Assembly: GCA_965203175.1 (NCBI GenBank)
Contig: OZ241867.1
Location: 3,648,001-3,712,000 of the forward strand
Length of the DNA stretch: 64,000 nt
Direction of reading: 5' to 3'
Source of the DNA: Candidatus Latescibacterota bacterium
GTDB taxonomy: Bacteria; Latescibacterota; UBA2968; UBA8231
Positions within the stretch are counted from its first letter, which is position 1; the number at the start of each line of letters is the position of its first letter. The notes beneath the pieces were generated by a model that saw only the letters and a list, made by a program, of their open reading frames with translations, did not search any database and had not been told where the DNA came from. This document shows positions 56,708 to 64,000 of this stretch, one piece after another. The translations under genes were made by a program, and so were the position numbers.

Positions 56708-57625
56708 CTAAGATAGGGTGTCGGCGCGGGAGGCGTTGAACAGCCATTCGAGCAAGCGTTGGCCAAAGTCCGGCGCAAAGTGCGGTACGTGCGTGCCTTG
56801 CTCTATGGTCCACAGCTCGATGGTGACGTCGTTGCGGCAGCCCGTGCGGTAGCGAGTGCGGACGGTCTCGGAGCCGTCGAGTTTTTGGTCGAGGTCGAGT
56901 GGGGGGAGGGTTTCTGGATCGGTGAGGTCGCAGCGTGCGAGTGCAGCCCAGCGCAGCGCGACTTCTTCTGCGCCTGCGTACTCATTTTCACCCGTGCTGC
57001 CGTCGTAGGCTACGACCTTGTCGTTTGTGCCGTGGATTTGTAGCACCGAGACTGGGGATGCGAAGGCACAACGGGAGGGGTCGCTAAAGGAAGTGCCAGC
57101 GAGGCTGGCAATGGCGACTAGGCCCGGGATGCCTTCGCAGGCGAGTCGGTAGGACATGAAGCCGCCGTTGGAGTGCCCGAGGGCGAAGATGCGCTCTACG
57201 GCGATGTGCGTGGCGGCCTCTTCGAGTAGTCCGGAAAGGTATTTCACGTCATCGACTTGGGTGTTGTGGAGATCGCAGCAGAAGTCCGTGGCGTTCCAGA
57301 AGCGCTTGCCATCGGGGTCGCGCGTGCCGTTGGCCATGATGAGGGCGAAGCGATCAGCATTCACCCGCTTCGAAAGACCAAAATAGCGGTCGTGTTGGGC
57401 CAAGTGGCTGGTGAAGCCGTGCAGGCTGAGTACGAGCGGAATGGGCGTCTCGGGGTCGTGATCGGCTGGGAGGACCAAGAAAGCCGGGCGTTGATCGCCC
57501 AACGTGTGGACGATGTGATCCTTGCTCAGGTCGGCGACCGGTTCGGTATGGGATATTTCTTCGCCGCAGGCGATGAAGGTCAACGACAGCAGAGCAGCAA
57601 AGGTACAGATTTTGTTGTTCCGCAT
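56708..57625 (-). CDS. PHB-depolymerase/LpqC-like esterase lipoprotein
   Basis: Lipobox FIAC, LVLSLHG, WNATDFCC, DDVKYL, GHSNGG, IHGTND. AGGAGG RBS. Confidence 0.85.
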   Translation of the reverse strand: MRNNKICTFAALLSLTFIACGEEISHTEPVADLSKDHIVHTLGDQRPAFLVLPADHDPETPIPLVLSLHGFTSHLAQHDRYFGLSKRVNADRFALIMANGTRDPDGKRFWNATDFCCDLHNTQVDDVKYLSGLLEEAATHIAVERIFALGHSNGGFMSYRLACEGIPGLVAIASLAGTSFSDPSRCAFASPVSVLQIHGTNDKVVAYDGSTGENEYAGAEEVALRWAALARCDLTDPETLPPLDLDQKLDGSETVRTRYRTGCRNDVTIELWTIEQGTHVPHFAPDFGQRLLEWLFNASRADTLS

Positions 57626-57728
57626 ATTGACCCTCCTTTCTGTTCGCGATCTACAGGCCGACGGCAACAAAGTCCGCCCTGAGCTTCAGTTTTTAATCTA
57701 CGGGATAAGGCCAATAATAACCAATGCG

Positions 57729-58757
57729 CTAGGCAGCGAGTTCGCCTTTGCGATAGGCGCGCAGGAAGGAGGCGCAGTACTCGTCTCGGCCTAGCAACAT
57801 ATCCTCAGCTAGCTGGTAGGGACGGGCTTGGCGGTCGAGGGCAAAGATGTCGGCTAGGGAGGTGGTAGTCGGGTCCATGATCGCGCTGTCGGCACCGGCT
57901 TCGACGGCCAGCAGCAAGAAGACATCGTTGATCAAGTGGCGGCAGGGCAGGCCGAAGGAGACATTGGAGAAGCCACCGGTGATATGGACGTCGGCCCCTA
58001 ATTCGCCGCGCAGTTGGCGGATGGCGTCAAAAGCGTGGTGGCCGAATTGTGCATCAACCGAGATGGGGAAGATCAGGGGGTCGATGTAGAGGTCAGAAAG
58101 CGGCAGGTCCAATGCCTGTGCCTTATCGACCATTTGCCGAGCGTGGTCAATTCGTTCCTCGGCGCTTTGCGGCATGCCGGACTCGCCCGCCGAGGTGATG
58201 ATGACTTGGGCGTTGTACTGTTTGGCCAGCTTTAGGGCTTCGGGCCGCTCTAAAGACGCGGAGTTGAGCAGTAGGCGCTGGGGGTGGTCGGCCCCGGCTT
58301 CAAGGCCGACGGCGAGGGTGTCTAGCTGGGAGGAGTCGATGGCCAGCGCCGTCTGCGATATGGCCGATACCGCCTGTACCAACCAGCGCATGGCCTCTTG
58401 CCGCTCTGCGGGCTTGAGGGATATCTCATCGACATTGAGGTCGAGGAAATCGGTGCCAGCCGCTTCTTGGCGCTGTACTTGGCGACGGAGGTAGTCGAGG
58501 GCATCTGTGTTGCCGAGCATGGCTTGTTGCACGGCGATTTTGAGGTGTTTGACGCGGCCTTCCTCGTAGTCTTGGGTTGTTTTGACTGACTCGGGAATCT
58601 GGAGGAAGCGGCGCTTGTTATTGGAGTCGCGGAAGCGCACCGATTCGACGCCTTGGGGGTCTGGGCCGATGAGCTTGCCTTTGCGCAAGACGACGCGGGT
58701 AGTGTGGATGTTTTCGCCGATGACGAAGAAGGGACGGTCCGTACCGGGGATGTTCAT
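57729..58757 (-). CDS. Pterin-binding methyltetrahydrofolate:corrinoid methyltransferase (AcsE / MetH folate-domain type)
   Basis: IGENI, FLDLNVD, AIDSS, LLNSAS, YIDPL, GFSNVSFGLP, SAIMDP. Confidence 0.9.
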   Translation of the reverse strand: MNIPGTDRPFFVIGENIHTTRVVLRKGKLIGPDPQGVESVRFRDSNNKRRFLQIPESVKTTQDYEEGRVKHLKIAVQQAMLGNTDALDYLRRQVQRQEAAGTDFLDLNVDEISLKPAERQEAMRWLVQAVSAISQTALAIDSSQLDTLAVGLEAGADHPQRLLLNSASLERPEALKLAKQYNAQVIITSAGESGMPQSAEERIDHARQMVDKAQALDLPLSDLYIDPLIFPISVDAQFGHHAFDAIRQLRGELGADVHITGGFSNVSFGLPCRHLINDVFLLLAVEAGADSAIMDPTTTSLADIFALDRQARPYQLAEDMLLGRDEYCASFLRAYRKGELAA

Positions 58758-58771
58758 TGGTCTGCTCCAAT

Positions 58772-58867
58772 TTATTTCGGGGTGTAAGTTACTTCGAGTT
58801 TGATACCGTCAGGGTCGGAGAAGAAAGTCGCATAGTATCCCTCTCCGTACTCTGGACAATGTTTACC
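58772..58867 (-). pseudogene. 3' remnant of a VOC/glyoxalase gene
   Basis: Hand translation GKHCPEYGEGYYATFFSDPDGIKLEVTYTPK* matches the VOC C-terminal motif YYA.FF.DPDG..LE. No start codon. Confidence 0.7.
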
Positions 58868-59449
58868 CTATTGAGTAGATGCCTGTCTTCGTTGCAGGTC
58901 GCTCAGTTCAGCAAAGGCACCTTCTGTATCTAGGTGTGTGAGCCAGAAAGTTTGCAGTGCCTCAGTTGAGGCGCTGAGGATGATATCGTCTTTGCCAAGC
59001 ACTTCATGGCGAATTGCGTTGGGATTCTTCGCAAGCAGCTCTTGCAACCAGTCTGAATCAGGAAAACTTATCTGTAATGTTGGCTCAATTTGCTTGACGT
59101 ATGCAAAGGAATGGACGGGCAGGACGTGAAGTTGGTAGAAAACACCTTCCTGCCGATCTAATTCTGTGGGGAAAAAATCCAAAAACTTTTTCCCTTTGAT
59201 GTCCAAAAGGTGAACCGCAAGGATGCTCTGTTCGCCGTCCTCCTCGTAAACGACGCACTTATACTGTTGCTCACCCTGTTGCGAGAATTCCCATATCTCT
59301 TTTGAGTTTTCCTCTGCCCACTGGCCAATAAGGCGTGCATCAAAGATCACATTTTCATCGGTATATAGTGGGTGCAGAGACCGGACTATACATCCAGATA
59401 GCAAGAGCAAAATCCCGAACGGGAAGACCAATAGCTTTAAACGCTGCAT
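58868..59449 (-). CDS. Hypothetical lipoprotein, lower GC
   Basis: AGGAGG RBS, lipobox LSGC, SLHPLYT...FD.RLIG.W. Confidence 0.8.
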   Translation of the reverse strand: MQRLKLLVFPFGILLLLSGCIVRSLHPLYTDENVIFDARLIGQWAEENSKEIWEFSQQGEQQYKCVVYEEDGEQSILAVHLLDIKGKKFLDFFPTELDRQEGVFYQLHVLPVHSFAYVKQIEPTLQISFPDSDWLQELLAKNPNAIRHEVLGKDDIILSASTEALQTFWLTHLDTEGAFAELSDLQRRQASTQ

Positions 59450-59514
59450 GATTCATCCTCCTTTCGGTCGTTTGCTTGTCTAACCCCCAAGCCCGCGAGT
59501 TTTGTCACTGTGCG

Positions 59515-61068
59515 TCAGTCGTTCTTCTTGCCGCGGTGATCTCTTTGCAAAAAGGCGTTGGCCCAGGCGCTAGTGCCCTGTAGTGCCGCGTCCTTGATGA
59601 CGGCTGCATCGCCGAGCATTTGCTCCTCTTCGCCGTAGGCCTTGAGGCGGTCGTACGCGCGCGCCCAGATGCAGTCTTTGTCGCCGATTTCGCACTTGCC
59701 TTGGCGCGTGCCGCCGCAGGGGCCGTTGCGCTGGTTTTTGACGCACTGCGATTCCGGGCACAAGTAGGCGATGTCCGGCAGCGAGCAATCGCCGCAGTCG
59801 CGGCAGTCAAAAGCGGCGATTTTGAGCGCGTGCTCTGCGGTGTGCAGGGGCTTTTGCAGTTTCCCGCCCTCGACTTTGCGCGCCAGGGCCGCTCCGAGGC
59901 GAAATAGAGCTTTGCCCGGCTCAAAGACGCGGTCGTGGACCTGGCGATTGATTCGGTACGTTAGGGGAGCGCGGCGACGGCCACTAGGCGTCTTTGAGTC
60001 GAGATAGGCTTGGTTGACTTGGGTGGAGGCCAAGCCGGTGTTCGGGTCTTCTTCGAAATAGAAGAATTCGCCGGGGCGCGAGTAGCGGATCTGGCGGGCG
60101 AAATCGCGCCAATCATCTGCAGCGTACTCGGCGGCTAGTTCCAAAATGCGGCCGTATTCTTCCGCCCCGATGTGCCCTCCCAAGTACACGCCGCGGTAGC
60201 CTAGGCCTCGGGCAATGGCGCATTGCTGGGCGGCGAATTCGAGGAAGAAGGCCCTGCCCTTATCGGGAGAAGCGGCTTGCTTTTGCGCGACGGCGAGCAA
60301 TTCGTCGGTGACTTCGACGCCGGGGATGCGGCCAGCGTGAAAGAAGCGGGCCACGCCTCCGGACAAGACGAAGACGTTGGCGATGACTGGAACTTGGAGG
60401 CCGTGCAGAGCCATGTACTTGAGCAGTTCGTCCTGCTTGCGGGCGTCGTAGCCGATTTGGTTGATGATGAAGCGAGCGCCGGTGCGGATCTTTTTGGCCA
60501 GCTTGAAATACTGTGGCATGACCTCGGCTTCGAGCCGCTTGTGGTTGTTGACTACGGCGCCGAGAAAAAAGCGGGTGGGTTTTAACGGACGTGGTTTGCG
60601 GCCCGGCGAGGCGTCTTCGAAGCGCCCCTCGTTCATGTCGGAGAGCAATTGCAACAAGCCGACTGAATCAATGTCGAACACGCCGCCGGCCTGGCCTTGG
60701 TACCCGGCTATGGGGTAATCGCCCGACAAAGTGAGAATGTTATTGAAACCCCCATCGGCTAGCTTCCAAGCTTGGCCCATCAACCCGTTGCGGTTGAAGT
60801 CTTTGCAGGACAGGTGGATGATGACTTCTTGGCCGCTTTCTTTGAGCGGAGTTCCCAGCGCGTCCGCGGTAATCATGGGATTGCCGCCGGGGTTGTCGGT
60901 AATCGAGAGGGCGTCAAAGCGCGGGTCGGCGGCTAGGGCCTGGGCCATCTCTAGCACCCGCTTGCCGCCGCGGTCGGCTAGGGTGCCCCGGGACGTGACC
61001 AGCTCGACGCAGGTGATAAAGCGGTCGGTCTCTTCTAGCAGATGGCGCAGGGTGGCAGTTTGCTGCAT
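59515..61068 (-). CDS. metF: Methylenetetrahydrofolate reductase with fused C-terminal Cys-rich (MetV/MTHFR_C-like) domain
   Basis: ITDNPGG, HLSCKDFNR, LSGDYP, KKIRTGARFIINQ. C-terminal CRDCGDC...CPESQCVKNQRNGPCGG...CE...CIW. Confidence 0.88.
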   Translation of the reverse strand: MQQTATLRHLLEETDRFITCVELVTSRGTLADRGGKRVLEMAQALAADPRFDALSITDNPGGNPMITADALGTPLKESGQEVIIHLSCKDFNRNGLMGQAWKLADGGFNNILTLSGDYPIAGYQGQAGGVFDIDSVGLLQLLSDMNEGRFEDASPGRKPRPLKPTRFFLGAVVNNHKRLEAEVMPQYFKLAKKIRTGARFIINQIGYDARKQDELLKYMALHGLQVPVIANVFVLSGGVARFFHAGRIPGVEVTDELLAVAQKQAASPDKGRAFFLEFAAQQCAIARGLGYRGVYLGGHIGAEEYGRILELAAEYAADDWRDFARQIRYSRPGEFFYFEEDPNTGLASTQVNQAYLDSKTPSGRRRAPLTYRINRQVHDRVFEPGKALFRLGAALARKVEGGKLQKPLHTAEHALKIAAFDCRDCGDCSLPDIAYLCPESQCVKNQRNGPCGGTRQGKCEIGDKDCIWARAYDRLKAYGEEEQMLGDAAVIKDAALQGTSAWANAFLQRDHRGKKND

Positions 61069-61075
61069 GGCCTGA

Positions 61076-62968
61076 TCAGACGGAGGCCGCGGTCAGTTTG
61101 CGGGGCATGGGTTTGAATTGGCAGCCCTCGACGAAGAGCTCAAAAAAGTCGGGGGTCGTCTCCAGTTCGACGTGCTCAATGCGCTTGGCCAGCGCTTCGA
61201 TGTGGGCGCGTTTGCGGGCGGAGAGAAGCACTTCGCGCGCACCTTGAGCGGCGGCATTGCCCACCTTGGCGATGCGCGCTGTGGGCACCGGGGCCAAAAA
61301 GCCGATGTCGATGGCGGCTTGGACATCAACGTAATTGGCAAAGCCGCCGGCGAGGTAGAGCTGTTGCACGTCGCCGGGATTCAGGCCCAAGGTCCGCAAG
61401 ACGATGTACTGACCGCAGAAATTGGCGGCTTTGGCTTGGGCGAGGTTTGAAGCGTCGAGGCGCGAGAAGGTGATGCCGCGCTCGGGGACTAGCTCAAACT
61501 GGCGCTTTTTGTCGGCGAAGACGCCTTTGGGAGTCATTAAGTCGTGGCGGCTCAACTCGGCGAGGAGGTCGATTAGCCCGGAGCCGCACAGTCCCGCCGG
61601 CGCGGTGTCGCCGATGGTCTCCCACTGCCAGTGCGCGCCGTCCCAGCGGATGGATTCAATGGCTCCATCGCAGCCGGGCATCCCATAGGTGATGCCTCCG
61701 CCTTCAAAGGCCGGGCCGGCCGGGCAAGAGGCCGCGACGAGACGGCCTTGGTGGGCGACGACGACTTCGGTGTTGGTGCCCACATCGACCAGCATCGCGC
61801 TCTCGCTGGCAAGGTCCATATCGACGGCGACTAAGTCGGCGGCCACATCCGCGCCGACGTGGCTGGCAATCAGCGGCAGCGAGTACGCGCGCGCTTTGGG
61901 ATTGGCCTTCAGGCCGAGGCGGCGGGTCTTTTCAACTAGGCTGGTCGCGGTTCGTTCGCCGCTTAGGTATTCGTGCTCAATGCGCGATTTGTAGGGCTTT
62001 TGGCCGATGCTCTGCACGTCGAGGCGGAAGAGGATGTCGCGCATCGTCGAGTTGCCAGCGACCGCGATCTCGTAAATTTCCTGCCGCACAAAGCCGCCGC
62101 GCCGGCAGAGGTCTGCGATCTCGTGGTTGAGCGCCTTGACCAGGGCTTGACGCAGCTCGCCGGGGTGTTGCCCGTCGTAGGAAATGCGGTGCATGATGTC
62201 GCTGCCGCCAAAGCGCTGCGGGTTTTCAAATGCGCTCAAATGCACGCTCTGGCCCGTCTCCAGATCGACTAAGTCGAGGACAATAGTCGTGGTGCCCAAG
62301 TCGATGGCTAGGCCGTAGAGGTGGCCGCGGTATTGATCGATTTCCTCGTCGCCGTAGTAGATGGCTTGCCCGCGCCGCTGGACTACTGGGTCGATCTCAG
62401 CGGGGCGATCTACGGTTTGGGTCAGTATGCGGGGCGTGCGGAAAAGCGGTGCAAACTCGATATCGACATCGGCGTCTTCGACTTTGGCTTGGCAGGCGAG
62501 CCGGAACTCACCGCCGAGGAAGTCCTCGGCCGGTGTGGGCGCGTTGAGGGCTTGCGCGCCGCTCGTGACTTCGACGATGCACTCGTGGCAGTGGCCAGTG
62601 CGCCCACAGGAAGTGGGCACGCGGGCGCCGAGTTGATCCGCGTAGTCGAAGAGAGTGCCGTCGGCAGACAGCGGGTAGGAGGTGCCGTCGCAGCGGATTT
62701 GCCCGCGGCCGGGTGTGGCCGGGCGTTGGTCCGTCTCCCAGGCCGAGCGGTAGTCGAGTTGGTCGTCGCTGCCGCACTGGAACAGCCCGCCCGGCTCTTT
62801 TGGCTTGCGCTGGTTGCGGCAGCCGAAGTGAGCGGTGCATTGGTCGAAGCGGTTCTTGTACGGGCAGCGGAAGGTCGCCTGCACGTCGGCATGGGTGGCA
62901 ATGCCCGCGAGAATGCCCGACAGGCGGTCGAGGCTCTTTTGGTACTCTTGGGGGTCGATTTGGGTCAT
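61076..62968 (-). CDS. ATP-dependent reductive activator of corrinoid proteins (RACE/RamA, ASKHA) with 2Fe-2S ferredoxin domain
   Basis: CGRTGHCHEC...RLACQ, AIDLGTTT, VDVGTNTE, AGPAFEG, GLCGSG, LAGGF, GNAA. Confidence 0.9.
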   Translation of the reverse strand: MTQIDPQEYQKSLDRLSGILAGIATHADVQATFRCPYKNRFDQCTAHFGCRNQRKPKEPGGLFQCGSDDQLDYRSAWETDQRPATPGRGQIRCDGTSYPLSADGTLFDYADQLGARVPTSCGRTGHCHECIVEVTSGAQALNAPTPAEDFLGGEFRLACQAKVEDADVDIEFAPLFRTPRILTQTVDRPAEIDPVVQRRGQAIYYGDEEIDQYRGHLYGLAIDLGTTTIVLDLVDLETGQSVHLSAFENPQRFGGSDIMHRISYDGQHPGELRQALVKALNHEIADLCRRGGFVRQEIYEIAVAGNSTMRDILFRLDVQSIGQKPYKSRIEHEYLSGERTATSLVEKTRRLGLKANPKARAYSLPLIASHVGADVAADLVAVDMDLASESAMLVDVGTNTEVVVAHQGRLVAASCPAGPAFEGGGITYGMPGCDGAIESIRWDGAHWQWETIGDTAPAGLCGSGLIDLLAELSRHDLMTPKGVFADKKRQFELVPERGITFSRLDASNLAQAKAANFCGQYIVLRTLGLNPGDVQQLYLAGGFANYVDVQAAIDIGFLAPVPTARIAKVGNAAAQGAREVLLSARKRAHIEALAKRIEHVELETTPDFFELFVEGCQFKPMPRKLTAASV

Positions 62969-62981
62969 TGGAGTTTAGGCG

Positions 62982-63737
62982 CTACTCGTCCTCAATTTCG
63001 TTCAGCAAGTCCTTGGCCAAGGACACGCAGGCGAGGGCGTCCTTGCCGTAGCCGTCGGCACCCATGTCGTCGGCAAATTCTTGGGTTACGGGCGCGCCGC
63101 CGACCATGATTTTGACGTCGTCGCGCAAGTCGGCGTCGATGAAGGCCTCGATGGTCTTGCCCATGTTGGGCATGGTGGTGGTCAACAGGGCCGACATGCC
63201 CAAGAGCGGAGCTTCGTGCTCTTCGACGGCATCGATGAAATCGTCTTCGGAGGTATCTACGCCGAGGTCGTGGACGACGAAACCGGCCCCGCGCAGCATC
63301 ATAATGCACAAGTTTTTGCCGATGTCGTGGAGATCGCCCTTGACCGTGCCCATGATCACAATGCCGATGGGTTCGACGCCCGAGGCCGAGAGAATGGGCT
63401 CGATGTGGGTCATGCCGGCCTTCATGGCGCGGGCGCAGGCGAGCACTTCGGGGACGAAGATGAAGTTTTCGCGGAATTTGATGCCGACGATGGCCATGCC
63501 GGCGATCAGTCCGTCGTCCATGACTTCGAGGGCCTCCACGCCGCCGGCAATGGCTTGGCCGGTCAGTTCATCGACCGTTAGGTGGTCGCCGTCGATGAGG
63601 GCCGCGGCGATGTTCTGCATCTGCTCGCTGGCTTGGGCGAAGATGCCGATGATGCGCTCGCGCTCTTCGTCGCGCTCGATGAATTCTTCGATCTCATCGC
63701 GGATAAATTCGTTGGCGATATCGGTAATGTCTGCCAT
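62982..63737 (-). CDS. Corrinoid (B12-binding) protein
   Basis: FVPEVL, GTVKGDLHDIGKN (DxHxxG), MSALLTTT, VGGAP. Confidence 0.93.
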   Translation of the reverse strand: MADITDIANEFIRDEIEEFIERDEERERIIGIFAQASEQMQNIAAALIDGDHLTVDELTGQAIAGGVEALEVMDDGLIAGMAIVGIKFRENFIFVPEVLACARAMKAGMTHIEPILSASGVEPIGIVIMGTVKGDLHDIGKNLCIMMLRGAGFVVHDLGVDTSEDDFIDAVEEHEAPLLGMSALLTTTMPNMGKTIEAFIDADLRDDVKIMVGGAPVTQEFADDMGADGYGKDALACVSLAKDLLNEIEDE

Positions 63738-63750
63738 AGGATCTCTTCTT

Positions 63751-63999
63751 TTAGTTGCGCGCTTGGTCGCGGTGCCACTCTTGTACCGTGCGGGGAATGG
63801 CCTTGAGGTTTTCGATGGAAGTCTGCAAGGGGATGGCGCACTCTGGGCCGATGAGCTGGACGCCGGCTTCGAGGTTGCGCAGGACTTCGGCACCGACGAC
63901 TTCTGGCCCTTTAGAAAAAAGGGTTTCGGGGTTGTTGATGTTGCCTACTAATGAGATGCGGTCGCGCACGATTTGGGTGGATTCTTCGGGCGTGTTCTT
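63751..63999 (-). CDS. Uroporphyrinogen-decarboxylase-fold methyltransferase (MtaA/CmuA-like), 3' end only
   Basis: Frame is open to the window edge: SLVGNINNPETL...IGPECAIPLQTSIENLKAI. Confidence 0.75.
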   Translation of the reverse strand, partial: KNTPEESTQIVRDRISLVGNINNPETLFSKGPEVVGAEVLRNLEAGVQLIGPECAIPLQTSIENLKAIPRTVQEWHRDQARN

Positions 64000-64000
64000 G

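Noticed and set aside
58868-58870. Pyrrolysine read-through of the TAG joining the lipoprotein to the VOC stub
   Set aside because: No pyl genes are visible and the stub is only a partial domain; a deletion remnant is the simpler explanation.

Overview
GC-rich (roughly 60-66%) bacterial chromosome segment. The gene families suggest an FCB-group organism of the Latescibacterota/Handelsmanbacteria type, but this is inference only. From left to right: (1) the 3' end of an FAD oxidoreductase and tRNA-Thr(UGU); (2) a ~4.5 kb accessory islet bounded by twin inverted hairpins, carrying a one-polypeptide GAF-PAS-kinase-receiver-wHTH regulator and a GH108 muramidase / TM-coiled-coil / small-lipoprotein cassette; (3) a ~19 kb co-oriented cluster of mostly uncharacterised envelope proteins (TPR lipoprotein, CBM9-like protein, three paralogous discoidin/FlgD-Ig proteins, two paralogous Asp-rich beta-barrel-like proteins, a parvulin PPIase and a polytopic membrane protein), which is the best candidate for an undescribed surface secretion or uptake system; (4) a GT-C/TPR protein and carbohydrate-active enzyme genes; (5) an ABC exporter, an acyl-ACP desaturase, a sigma54-type HTH-PspA operon, a promoter covered by a perfect 19-bp inverted repeat, and ispH coupled to three BMC vertex genes; (6) housekeeping genes including an Lnt-TatC fusion, radC and mnmG; (7) a corrinoid-dependent methyl-transfer / split methionine synthase cluster interrupted by two lipoprotein genes and a glyoxalase remnant. 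All family assignments come from motif recognition by eye; no searches were run.
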